A stretch of DNA of 57,202 nt, the filler included, from Perkinsus olseni (taxonomy: Eukaryota), in assembly GCA_013115125.1 (NCBI GenBank). It is 4 parts of 4 records of this genome, joined end to end, with 100 filler letters (N's around TTAATTAATTAA, not from the genome) between each part and the next. Parts side by side here need not be neighbours in the genome. Positions count along the whole stretch, not along the records: positions 43,082 to 57,202 come from JABANN010000736.1; 3 more parts are not named here. The stretch is one strand, 5' to 3'. Below the pieces are notes generated by a model. That model was given only the letters and a program-made list of their open reading frames with translations. It had not been told where the DNA came from and did not search any database. Numbering within the stretch: position 1 is the first letter of the stretch; each line of letters starts with the position of its first letter. This document shows positions 45,277 to 55,758 of the stretch, in pieces. The position numbers and the translations under genes are program-made.

Positions 45277-47247
45277 GGCTAGGGGGAAAATGGCGCCCGG
45301 GCGCGGGGGAAAAATTGAAATAAAAAGAGGAGAGAAAAGAGAAAAAGAGAAGAAAAAAAAGAAGAAAAAAGAGAAGAAAAGAGAAAGAGAAAGGAGAAGA
45401 AAAAATAAGCGAAGCATGGAGATAGCGCCAGCCGCTGCGAATATAGCGGATGCCATACTCCACCCTCCAAGCTTCAAGCATATGCTCGAACTGGGAAGAA
45501 GCGCGGCGCGCGACGCTCGAACACGTTATAGATACTCAGTTCCCACGCGCGACGCCGTGACGCCCGAACAGTCCGCGCCACGAACTCGAATCGAAGACAA
45601 GGTACACAGCATTAGCATGATGAATTGCAAAGTCTTCAAACGTTCTTCATCTATTCTTTTTCCTGTCGTTCGCCTCCCTCCAGCGGTCCCTTTTCCTCTG
45701 CACTTGCTCAGCCGAAAGCCTGTCTAGTTCTGCTTCACTATCCAAGAGAGGGCACCAGATCACTTGCGTATATTTTTTCTCGGTCCCGGGAACTCGGAAC
45801 TGCTGGTGATTGAGTGAACGCCCATCGCGAACTAACCATGATTTGTACGGCCGCCTGCATTTTGAGCACTTACGACCGGGCTTATCGCCACCCTTCAGAG
45901 TATCGGAGACCAAGACTTGCTGGATTGCAGCTTCAGTCCGCTGATGCAGTTGGTTTCGATCCTCTTTCATCTTATCTTCCGCAACAGCATCGCGCAGGGG
46001 ACATAACCCATGAGTGCTCCCATCGTATGTGTGATCGTTGAAGCCTTTCCGGAGAATTTTCCCGCAAAACCTACATTTTCGTCCCTTGAAGTCCCTCGTT
46101 TGTGGTCGCAGCTCTCCGGCCTGTTTCCCGCGCCGCGAGCTCGATTGCGCTACGTTTTCAGGAGGACTGCTTCTCTTACGCTTCCGAGGTCGACTCCCCA
46201 ACTCTTCCTGCAAGGTCTCGGCGCTTATTGCTGCAGGTCCGCCATCCAGCTCTTCGTGTTCATGAACAACGACAGTCGCGTCGATCGGCGGCTCGCCGGA
46301 AGGCTGGGCCGCAAGCGACCTCTCAAGGCTTCCAAATGCCTCCATGCTCCTGAGATCCAAGCTACCAGCCGACCCCGCGAAAGAGCTGCGCTTGCGGAAC
46401 CCCGACAACCATTGCTCCACGTAGAGAATAGACGTTGGATGATAAGATATGGGCCGCCTCCCATCAATCTCGTGGTTGGCACGTTCTTTCATGAGATAGT
46501 CGCGAGTATAGAGTTTTAAAAGTTCGGGGGCGGTGGCAGTAGGATTATCCACATGAAGAGTGGTGAAAGCGCGCTCCATCGCACCACCCACCTCATGATC
46601 CACACGGAAGTAGCTTGCGCTGTGCGCTTTAGTGCGCCATCGCAGAAACTTGCGACGCTGAGTAGCAACGGGTAGCGGATCCAGGGAAGCCACATGATCA
46701 ATCTCCTCCTCCGAATCCGTACTGTCGTCACAATCAGACTCGCCCCATTTCTTCCCAGCAGCATCGGCGTCTCCCAGCTCACCTTCTAGAATAGACTTGA
46801 ACCCCTCACTTTCCGAGTCGGCCGTAGTGTCCCTCTCGTCGTTAACGATTTCGTGAAGCATCTCGACTCTGTCGCTAATCCAAGGCGATTCTCGGCTCAG
46901 CACAGCCGAGAATGGGTCCTCCAATGGGCGAACGACTTTCCGGTGATTCTTCTTGGGAGCGGTGGTTCTTGGTTGGGACATCAAGTGGTTGATCGACAAA
47001 CAATGAAAGAGACAGGAAATGAACGAACCATCGAACGAGGCCCTTAATCCAAAATTAAGGTCCGCGGTCGAAAATCAAGGTCCGCGGTAAACACCACTAG
47101 GAGCGCCTTGAACCCGCCCACACCTTAAAGAGCCCTGGTAAAGGGATGCAGAGGAGTCCAGGCTCCTATACCTCTCAGAGAGGTATAGGAGCCTACCTCC
47201 GACCTTATTTTACCGCGGACCTTAATTTAGCACGCATCCAGTTCAGA
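45277..47247 (-). mobile_element. tRNA-targeting Dada-like element, copy 2 (tandem)
   Basis: Near-identical to copy 1 at an offset of 1983; third direct repeat at 47248-47259. Confidence 0.85.
45647..46981 (-). CDS. Element-encoded zinc-finger-like protein, copy 2
   Basis: Protein identical to copy 1. Confidence 0.75.
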   Translation of the reverse strand: MSQPRTTAPKKNHRKVVRPLEDPFSAVLSRESPWISDRVEMLHEIVNDERDTTADSESEGFKSILEGELGDADAAGKKWGESDCDDSTDSEEEIDHVASLDPLPVATQRRKFLRWRTKAHSASYFRVDHEVGGAMERAFTTLHVDNPTATAPELLKLYTRDYLMKERANHEIDGRRPISYHPTSILYVEQWLSGFRKRSSFAGSAGSLDLRSMEAFGSLERSLAAQPSGEPPIDATVVVHEHEELDGGPAAISAETLQEELGSRPRKRKRSSPPENVAQSSSRRGKQAGELRPQTRDFKGRKCRFCGKILRKGFNDHTYDGSTHGLCPLRDAVAEDKMKEDRNQLHQRTEAAIQQVLVSDTLKGGDKPGRKCSKCRRPYKSWLVRDGRSLNHQQFRVPGTEKKYTQVIWCPLLDSEAELDRLSAEQVQRKRDRWREANDRKKNR

Positions 47248-47266
47248 CCAGCTGAACTAATCGGGC
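47248..47266 (-). pseudogene. tRNA-Arg(ACG), 5' part (nt 1-19) of the interrupted gene
   Basis: GCCCGATTAGTTCAGCTGG; GCCCGAT pairs perfectly with ATCGGGC at 43234-43228. Confidence 0.9.
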
Positions 47267-47376
47267 GACTAGGAGTGAAGGATTAACCCCTTCGGAGCCG
47301 AGAAGTGCGTCCCTACATGGAACCTATATAGTGTACCATGGGTAAATTCTATATCGGTCCTTATGCTGATTTGGTT

Positions 47377-47458
47377 TACACTTTGGCCGAGTGGTTAAGG
47401 CGGCGGCCTGCTAAGCCGTTGAGCTATGCCCGCGAGGGTTCGAATCCCTCAGGTGTCG
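47377..47458 (+). tRNA. tRNA-Ser(GCT), second copy, possibly decaying
   Basis: Matches 43097-43178 except G1>T, one variable-arm change and an intact T-stem; flanks are homologous too. Confidence 0.75.
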
Positions 47459-47594
47459 TCTGTACGCCGTGGGTTGACGAAGCAAAATCAGAAGATTCAG
47501 GCTGAACCATTCAGCGTGTTGCACCCCTTGGGACAAGCCCCGGTACCGGTTCTGCACGGGAAGTTTGTGTGATTCGTAGCGTGAGCTGCATTTT

Positions 47595-47955
47595 CGCTGA
47601 AGCTCAGAGTTCAACTCAAGAGTAGACTCCCGACGTTCGGCGGCAGTGAGTTAGTAGCTCAGAAATTGTCGATATTACTCATGAATCGCGAGCATGACTC
47701 AAGCGCATGAGGTTTTACTCGATGTGGGCAGTGCTTACTCGGAGAAGGTGAGCTCGACTCAAGAGTTGAGCTCATGCAGTGAGTCGACTCGAGAGATCGA
47801 ACTCTGGCTCACAACTCAGGCTGTTTACTCGGTAACTCCAACTCAAGCTCCAATCTCATGCTTGAGACTCGTGAGTTCGTCCTCATACTCTCGCATTCGA
47901 ACTCTGCGGCTGATTAAGCTCGAGAGGTAGACTCTTAAGATGAGTTAACTCACAC
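47595..47955. repeat. Cryptic ACTC/GAGT-rich degenerate repeat
   Basis: Dozens of ACTC, GCTC, GAGT and GAGC words in both orientations over ~360 bp. Confidence 0.6.
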
Positions 47956-48319
47956 GTGCCCGAACTCGCGATCCGCATACGGGCCCTGTTGCTACAGCCC
48001 GGTCAAAAGATGTTCACAGATGATGTGAAACGTTCCGGGTGTGAATATTGAAAAGCTAATCGATCGATCCGGCTGATTCGAATCGATCACTTTGAGGAAC
48101 AGCTCTCGCTTTCCATCGAGAAAAATTGGGCGCTGTTGCCTTGTAGTCCAGTAGCCGCGGCGGCTGCGGCGCAGGCATTATCGGCAGGGCGGGAGGAGTC
48201 GAGTTCGAAGAGCTCTGGGTGGGAAGCTGCGATCGGGCTAGCATCTGCATGGTACCCTACACGTAACCTCTGTGTAGCGTGAACAAATTGTATAGAGTTC
48301 TTACGCGGCCATTGATCCA

Positions 48320-48372
48320 GACCCTTTGGCCGAGTGGTTGAGGCGGCGGTCTGCTAAGCCGTTCGATCCCCC
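48320..48372 (+). pseudogene. Truncated tRNA-Ser(GCT) pseudogene
   Basis: GACCCTTTGGCCGAGTGGTTGAGGCGGCGGTCTGCTAAGCCGTT joined directly to CGATCCC; variable arm and 5' T-stem deleted. Confidence 0.8.
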
Positions 48373-48705
48373 GCAGCAGATCGCTCTCGACCAAGCGTCC
48401 ATCGCGGATATCGCCAACGTTGTCAAGACCCTGTAACTGTCCGAGCACCAGAAGAACACTGAGAAGGCTCCTGCTCCGGCTGAGAGCATGCAGCTAAGGA
48501 TGCTCACGGTGGGTCGTGTCACACGACCAACGTGATGATGAAAACCATAAACCAAGATGAGGAGAAAAATCAGTAACATGCTAACAGGTGACCAGTAGAG
48601 AACCAGTGTCTGTTTTATAGCCCAACGTCGACACCTGTTCATGTACGCAGTGCGGGGGACCACAAAAGTCCACTAGGAGACACAAAAACCCTATTAATGT
48701 CAATG

Positions 48706-50802
48706 CTATAACTTACTGCGTGATAACGAAGAGTCAAACAGCTTCCTCGCTATCCGTCTTAGCCGTTCATCAACCTCAGATCTCGCAACGTACTCTTCAG
48801 CAATCCTGATAAGTTCATCCATACTATCATCATCAGCCTCATCCAACTCCACCGCTCGCGGCAGATCCGGTTGAAGGCGATAGTAAACATCAGAGTCGAG
48901 GATGTCCCCCAGGATATGCGCAGTGACCTCCGTGGACGTCGCGCTGTACACCATCGCAAGAAGGTCGCGGGTTATCGAATACAGGCCGGCCTTGGCGGTG
49001 TAAGTAGCGCCGAGGTCCTCGATGGGGACTCTCCCAGTACCGATACTGACGAGGCACTCGACCCTTCGATTCGGGAAGACCCGAGCGGCCTCGTGTAAGG
49101 CCAAGTGCGCCGGGTTGTTAGCAACCATAGCGCCGTCTTGTATAACTCTACCGTCTTCTAAAACCACAGGGGCAAAGTATACCGGTGCCGCGGTGGTAGC
49201 TCGGGCGCAATGATAGATGGGAACCGAGCGATCGCCCTGGTAACGGCCGGAACCCTCTGGACCGTAGGAGTAGTTTCGGAAGAGAAAAGGTTCTGGTGGC
49301 GCTACGTTGGTAAGAGCCGTGACAACAGCGACTTTCGTGTTGCTTCCGCACAATGCACTGGTGTCCACCATAGACAGCCGACCGTAGACGTCCCGGAGGT
49401 AGTTGGTCATGGCGCGACTATCGTGCTTCTCGCCTTTAATGAGGATCCGCAAAAGCTTTTCGACGGAGCCTAGAGTGCCTCCCTTAGAGAAAGCAGCGAT
49501 GCTGATGTCTCGTGCCACCGAGGAACTCATTTCCAATGGCAAATTCAGGCACCCTATTCCGAGCGCGACCAGACCACCTGCGCTGGTGCCAACCACGAGG
49601 TCAAAGTAGCGACCTATACGCTGGTCAGGGAGGTACTTCGCGAGGGCTTTGAGAATCGTGATAGTCAATAGAGACCGAGTCCCCCCGCCGTCCAGGGCGA
49701 GAATACGAACGCCTCGCTGGCAACGCTGCAACGGCTGGTCAGTCCGGGCTCTGCTGCCACCAAGAGCACGTCGAAACCACGACCCGAAACTCGACAGGAG
49801 ACCATTGGTGGTCGAAGGCGCCTCACTAGGCGCATCGTCACCGTCCATCACCGAGGGGGCCAACAGGAGTTGCAACCTTCTCAGGAGAAGTCGCTCTACT
49901 GGACCATCTGCGCTCGAGGGAATGCAGGTCGAATCAACGGCGTTTGGGTGACCCTCGGCGACCGCGTTGAGGTAGTAGACGCCTTCAAGCGTTCCAGAGG
50001 CGACCGCTTCGGGTAGGGTTGGTCCGACCACTTCGAACGGGACACGACCAGCAAGAGCGGCAGCTAGGGCCCAGTCATGAGAGCTGACCGTGTTAAACAA
50101 CCTCAGTGCATCAACGCTATCAAGAAAACACCCCTCACCGTCAGGGGAAGCAGGCAAGTCTTCGACACCCAGTTGGGGTCTGCGGACTCCGACGGGTGTC
50201 AGTATTCTAACCAGACGGTCATAGCTCGGGAGAACCGCCATTGAGGGCCGGCCGAGAGACGCGTACAGAATCGCCCGAGCGCGGTCGTGGCCGTCCAGAG
50301 CCATCTTAAGGAGAATATTGAGATCACTTCTTGCTATGCGTCCACGGCCACGAACTATGAGACACAGGCACTGGGTCACTAGGACCGATATGAAGCTGGA
50401 AGGTGACAGCAAGGCGCGGAGCTCCGCGATGGTGAGCCAGGGGTCACCGAGGCGAAGACTGTAGTAGTCAGCGATGACACCAATGATGGGCGAGGGCTCT
50501 GGCCACGAGCACTCCCTGAGGAGCCCGACGAGAAAGGCCATAATCTGTTTTATGCAAGGGTCAACCTCGACTTCCGCTAGTAAGGACTGTCTCAGGACTA
50601 TGAGACCCTCTTCGACTAGCGACCGACTTAAAGCGTAGATAACGATTGGTCCAGCGGGGAGGGCCTTGAGAATACGGTAACTCTGCCGGGGTGTTCGCGA
50701 GGCCAGGATAACGCTGAGAGCCGAAACTTCCGAGTCCACCTTGGTTCGAGGCAGCCGAGCGGCAACGGGGTTCCATCGAAGCGCATGCAGTAAAGGGAAC
50801 AT
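48706..50802 (-). CDS. Patatin-like phospholipase (PNPLA8/iPLA2-gamma-like), intronless
   Basis: 698 aa; RILALDGGGTR, GTSAG, ARATTAAPVYF, DGAMVANNP, LVSIGTG. Confidence 0.93.
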   Translation of the reverse strand: MFPLLHALRWNPVAARLPRTKVDSEVSALSVILASRTPRQSYRILKALPAGPIVIYALSRSLVEEGLIVLRQSLLAEVEVDPCIKQIMAFLVGLLRECSWPEPSPIIGVIADYYSLRLGDPWLTIAELRALLSPSSFISVLVTQCLCLIVRGRGRIARSDLNILLKMALDGHDRARAILYASLGRPSMAVLPSYDRLVRILTPVGVRRPQLGVEDLPASPDGEGCFLDSVDALRLFNTVSSHDWALAAALAGRVPFEVVGPTLPEAVASGTLEGVYYLNAVAEGHPNAVDSTCIPSSADGPVERLLLRRLQLLLAPSVMDGDDAPSEAPSTTNGLLSSFGSWFRRALGGSRARTDQPLQRCQRGVRILALDGGGTRSLLTITILKALAKYLPDQRIGRYFDLVVGTSAGGLVALGIGCLNLPLEMSSSVARDISIAAFSKGGTLGSVEKLLRILIKGEKHDSRAMTNYLRDVYGRLSMVDTSALCGSNTKVAVVTALTNVAPPEPFLFRNYSYGPEGSGRYQGDRSVPIYHCARATTAAPVYFAPVVLEDGRVIQDGAMVANNPAHLALHEAARVFPNRRVECLVSIGTGRVPIEDLGATYTAKAGLYSITRDLLAMVYSATSTEVTAHILGDILDSDVYYRLQPDLPRAVELDEADDDSMDELIRIAEEYVARSEVDERLRRIARKLFDSSLSRSKL

Positions 50803-50885
50803 AAAAAACTCGACAGACTGTTCCTAAGCCCCCGGCTTTGACTATGAACTCGAGAAGAAGAGGAAAAGAGGAACTGTTGGAATCT

Positions 50886-52644
50886 TCACTCAGCTCCAGC
50901 GAGGTTGTAGTCGAAGATATCGCTACTGGGGTCGTGGAGGTGGTCATCCAGGTCGTACAAGTCAGCGTAGCGAGCCGCGGAAATCATTTCCACGACCTTC
51001 TCATCTGCCAAGGAAAACCGGTTCCGCGTTGCTTCCACACAGTGACCTTACCAGCTCCCTCCGGCGCCGCGACAGAGCAATCGGGCGAGTCCTTCCTGAG
51101 ACCATCAGGAGAGTAGCCAACCATCGTCACTCTCTTGGACCTCACTTGCATCTAAAAGGGAATCTTTCACTTCCTCATTTTTTATCTCTCCTTTTCTTGA
51201 GCTTTCAATATTTCAGCAACAAGGGGAAGAACCGAAGCAGGCGCCTTTGGGCAGTTTCAATTTCCCACGACCGACTCTGGGTTGCAGCACAGCCCGCCTG
51301 GGGATAATGTTCAACCGGCAGTGTATGAGACGACGTACGAGCTATGGTAGGAGTTAAAAATGATGCTTTCAGATGCCCCATGACGGAACACTACTTTTCC
51401 GCTACTTTCATTCATTGTTCGACGAGCAAGATACAGTCAAGTCACCGCGGGAACGAATCGACCGATGAACTTCCACCTCCTTAGGAAAAAAAGATTCCAC
51501 AAAAGATTCTATTTTCTACTCGAATGGTGGCATACCCTCTCAAGATGGGCTTCCGAATAATGAATCAACCACCTCCCGTTTTCTTACACAGTAGATGATA
51601 ACAGCGCTGTACTTGCCTAGCGCAGTCGCCATTTGTCGTACAACCGGAGTTGGCTTAGCCGCAGAGGTATACCTACCAATAGCAACATCACGCCTTACCA
51701 GCCACAGTAGAGGTCTCGTACAGCGCCACGACTTTCAGCTCTTTCTTCTGGCAGTACGCGTCAACCAAGGAAAGGCCCAACTTCATCACCGGCGTCCCGA
51801 CTACACCGCAGTGGAACAGGGGCACTGCTTCGGTAACAGTATCTGATCAGCACTACTAAGGGGACGTTCAATGTATCAATTGTGAAACTCAGAACCGATG
51901 GTGGAACCGCATGAATTTACGTGTGAAAATCACTTCCAGAATTACTTCTGAGTTCATTTTTTTGAACGGGGGGGTGAGTTTTAATTATTATGCGACCATG
52001 TGTGTGCGTGCAAAGCTATTTCCCCTAGCGTCGAATAAACTCTATTCACTCTTTCACATCGTGAGTTGCATCTAAGCGGCAACAGGGAAGAGACTGACCC
52101 CCACAAGTACCTTCCGAGGTGCCGAGAAGGACGCCAATGACGTCATCTTGCTGGTGCCTGGCAATGAGAACCCTCCAACGGACGACGACGGATACTATGG
52201 AATCATAATCTTGTTGCACGCTCAAACTCGCTCATGATCAATAAGAGTGATCGAGAGTGGAAGAATAACTCCTAATCTGAATGGCAATCCTGAGCGATGA
52301 TAATGAAAAAGTACTGAGAATTGCAGACCGAGCGCTTCATCGAATTATAACGGTTACTGAACAATGCCCAATGCTTATCGTTTTGATCGTTACTAATGCA
52401 AGCGGAAAGGTAGAGTCGAACTGGGTAATCCTACTACACATACCGACGTTATTAGAAGAGTCCAACGTGAAGTGAAAACTCCCAATCTGAGGGAACCCTA
52501 GAGGTGCACGCAGAGCGCTTCAGAAATTGTTGGCTCACGCCGAAGCATCCAAGAAAGCGTTCCCCTCCCCGGATACTACTTCACAGCATGCAGCTGGGGC
52601 TTAGCGTAGACCTCCAGAGTAAAGGTTTGCCTAGTAGGCGCCAT
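50886..52644 (-). CDS. EMC8: ER membrane protein complex subunit 8/9 (UPF0172), multi-exon; absent from the ORF track
   Basis: MAPTRQTFTLEVYAKPQLHAVK|HQQDDVIGVLLG|TVTEAVPLFHCGVVGTPVMKLGLSLVDAYC..VVALYE|..YADLYDLDDHLHDPSSDIF..AGAE*. Confidence 0.8.
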
Positions 52645-52780
52645 CCGATAACGACAAAAACTGAGTCAGAATGGCGTCGAGCAAACCCTCTCCACTACCG
52701 ACTTCAACTCAATACAAACGATTCACTGAGAGTAACAGAATTGCCATTGTACACAATAGGGACAGCGAGGCTGTCTTGAA

Positions 52781-53826
52781 TCACTGTTGACCCTCCGCTG
52801 ATCGGAACTTCGGCAGAGCAGTAGAGCCCATCTCCCGCAAGTCTCTCGAGAACTGGTCGAATACACTAGCGTTGAGGGCCTGAAGAGGATGCTGAATAGT
52901 AGTAGAAACTGATGAGTGTGATGGTACCTCGCTCCACCACTTCCTGCCGTCTTTCATTTCAGGGGCGAAGTAGCCGGGGCCGCTCACGGGCGATGAATAC
53001 CATAACTGAGACAAAACATGATAATGAGTGTAACCATTCACAATAATTTGTGTCGTTCACTATGGTACGCCTTGAGTACCGACGGAATTTCAGAGGGAAA
53101 ATGATACTGTTGGCGCAAGCCACGATCCAAGTAGTCATAGAGATGTTACAGCGTCAGTAGCGACAAAAGACAGCAAAACATCAGCAGGAGCATTAACAGT
53201 AGCAGCAGCAGTATTAGTATTGGAATGCACAACAGCAGCAGTAGGGCAAGCAGCGACAGAGTAGATGGTTGCCGTGCGTTCAAGGGCATGTGAGCACGAA
53301 TGACGAGAACATGAGCCGTATTAACAGCAGCATGAAGAGCTGTAGGAAGAGCAATAGTAAGAGCGCTCGAGGTAGTAGTATTACCAGTTTGCTGGCTTCG
53401 TGCTTGTTAATAACAAAAGTCTGCCCGTTATCAGTCTCCACTTCCAACACTCCACCGTCGTGCAGGTCCACTGAGGATATCTTCGACCCTGCAACACAAT
53501 CATGAGCAACAAAAACCCTCGGAATCCTACGGTAGTACCATCTTTTTCGCAAGCTTGATCAACAGCATCGAAAAGGCTGTCCAGAACATCGTCAGCTTGA
53601 GCGTCGTACTCATCCCCGTCCATCTCAATAGCGTCAGGGGGAGTTACCTAAAGTGACGTAAGTTGCGGAAGGAGTGGTATGAACTCCGCACTACCGAACC
53701 ATGATGCATCTCGGTCGAGAAGAACCTAGCCACGACGGCTCGAGAAGCCATGGGGGCTAGGGTCCGGGAAAAGATTCCACCGGAGAGAATCGATGACGCT
53801 GACCGCTGAAGAAGGCTTGCAAACAT
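52781..53826 (-). CDS. FXN: Mitochondrial frataxin (CyaY family), multi-exon
   Basis: Presequence MFASLLQRS..ARFFSTE, acidic helix EYDAQADDVLDSLFD, GGVLEV..GQTFVINK, QLWYSSPVSGP. Confidence 0.88.
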
Positions 53827-54147
53827 TTCGAGTATGCCAATTAAAAACAGTAACTATGAATCAGCAACTTGAAGCGAACCAACACCCTAAGAAGAGCAAC
53901 CCAGTGGGATAATAGTAATGATGGTAGCACTAGTACAAATCAATAAGCAGTACAAGAACCACCTCATTACAGCGACTATGGTCAGCTGAGGGCTGTGTAG
54001 GAATGACCGATTCGACAATATTGATAGAAGTGTCAGCACCGTTAAGGTCCTACTCACTACCAGCCCTCCTACAGGACCCATCCCCTACTACCAACGCTTT
54101 ACTGATGACAATGAAAATGACAAAAATATGAATATTAATAATCCATG

Positions 54148-55758
54148 CTAAGGGCCATCGCTCTCCTCCTGCTGCGGCTGCCCCTCGAGAATCGGAGCAT
54201 ATAGTGTTTGCCTTCTCCGACTGGTCCATCCTTCCACTACTGTCCTCAGCGTCTCCCCTACTTCCCATAAGCTTAACAGCACCACCATTACCACATAAGC
54301 CAGGCAAATCATAGCGAACAAGTCCCCAAGGATGGCAGCGATCGTGCGAGTACCTCCCAGAGTTACCTCTCCTACCAGTACCCTCTCGACTGGCTCTATG
54401 CTCTGGAAGCTAGCAACCACACTACCCCACCCATCGATAATCGCAGAATCCCAGGCGCCGTCAGCCTTCACCACAGGTATGCCATTTTCGATCGCTCTAA
54501 AGACGCTCACGCCGAAATGGTTACGCATAGAACTCCAGTCGTTCGAGGGGTTCAGTATGATCGACGCCCCGAGGCTAGCGACTTCCCTAGCGGTCGAAGG
54601 GAAGTCCATATCGTAGCAGATCAGAGTGCCAGCCTTGCCAAGGACACTACTATTGACCACTGCCAGCTCTGGACGCACAGAGTTGACAAGGTAAGGGATG
54701 TTGAATAGGGGATACCCGTACTTGGCTGTATTCCTCTCACCAGCAACCCAGAAGGGACACTGCTTGCCATAGACGCTAACGACCCGTCCTTGCTCATCAA
54801 TGGTGACTGCTATGTTCTGAGAGGGGTAAACGGTGACACCCACTGTCAGAATGATGCCGAGCCTTCGGACAGAAGGAGCTAGCTCCTTGTGAAGGAAGAG
54901 CTGGAGGGATGCTTGGTCGGCAAAGCCACTCAGCCAGGCTTCGGGCCAAACGACGAGCTTCGCTCCGCTGTCGATCGCCACCGATTCGGTGAGCTCGAGC
55001 ATCCTCTGGACGCTGCCGTTGCAGGGTAGTCGACCACCCACGTGGATGATCTCCTTCCGGCCGCCGCAAGCGTAGGGAAAGAGGTTCCCGGGAGTCACAG
55101 TAGCGACGGTGACGCTTTCCCTACCAATGCCATGGCCCATCTTGAGAAGCAACAAGCTTAGCGTCACCCAGAACAGGAGCACACAGAGAGCTTTGAGAAG
55201 GCCCTTGCGCAACGTCTGCGAAGAGGCTGTCAACAGGGAAGCAAGATAGAGGTTACTGTAGACCAGTAGTAGCTCAATGCCAAACACCCCGACCACCGAG
55301 GCTGGCTGAATCAACCAGGGCACCACGTGAAGGGGCAGGCTGAGGAGCTCGAAGGTGCCGATCTGACTGCTGATGGCGAACCACAGAGCCACCCACATGA
55401 CCGAATATCGTAGTGGCTGTGATCTAGGGTAGTCTTTAGCGAAGACAGATGAGTCCGCTGCCACCAGGAGCGTCCATCCACCGCCAATCAGAAGCCCGAA
55501 GCCGAGCCCTAGCACCATGGGAAAGCCTTGGACCATACAGCGGAGCATGGCGGTGAGAGGGAAGACGATGAGGGCGATGGATGGTACTTGTTGCTGTGCT
55601 AGAAAGAGCGGTACGAGAGCGACAAAACAAAGTGGCCAGAGCTCGATGATGGTGTCTACGGTGGGAAGGTGGACGGAGCGGAGGTTATCTAGTATGATGG
55701 TTGATAGGCTTAGTAGGAGGAGGGTCCTCATCTTCTCTGAAGGCCATTGGGGTCGCAT
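54148..55758 (-). CDS. Apolipoprotein N-acyltransferase (Lnt)-like membrane CN-hydrolase, intronless
   Basis: N-terminal TM helices, LIQPASVVGVFGIELL, nitrilase triad VVWPE / YGK / ICYD, SND, FRAIENG, C-terminal TM after LGD. Confidence 0.82.
   Translation of the reverse strand: MRPQWPSEKMRTLLLLSLSTIILDNLRSVHLPTVDTIIELWPLCFVALVPLFLAQQQVPSIALIVFPLTAMLRCMVQGFPMVLGLGFGLLIGGGWTLLVAADSSVFAKDYPRSQPLRYSVMWVALWFAISSQIGTFELLSLPLHVVPWLIQPASVVGVFGIELLLVYSNLYLASLLTASSQTLRKGLLKALCVLLFWVTLSLLLLKMGHGIGRESVTVATVTPGNLFPYACGGRKEIIHVGGRLPCNGSVQRMLELTESVAIDSGAKLVVWPEAWLSGFADQASLQLFLHKELAPSVRRLGIILTVGVTVYPSQNIAVTIDEQGRVVSVYGKQCPFWVAGERNTAKYGYPLFNIPYLVNSVRPELAVVNSSVLGKAGTLICYDMDFPSTAREVASLGASIILNPSNDWSSMRNHFGVSVFRAIENGIPVVKADGAWDSAIIDGWGSVVASFQSIEPVERVLVGEVTLGGTRTIAAILGDLFAMICLAYVVMVVLLSLWEVGETLRTVVEGWTSRRRQTLYAPILEGQPQQEESDGP

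Noticed and set aside
43282-47259. Tandem unit as an assembly duplication, or as a retroelement
   Set aside because: The copies differ at two or more sites and the junctions reconstruct a split tRNA; no RT, LTR or poly(A) is present.
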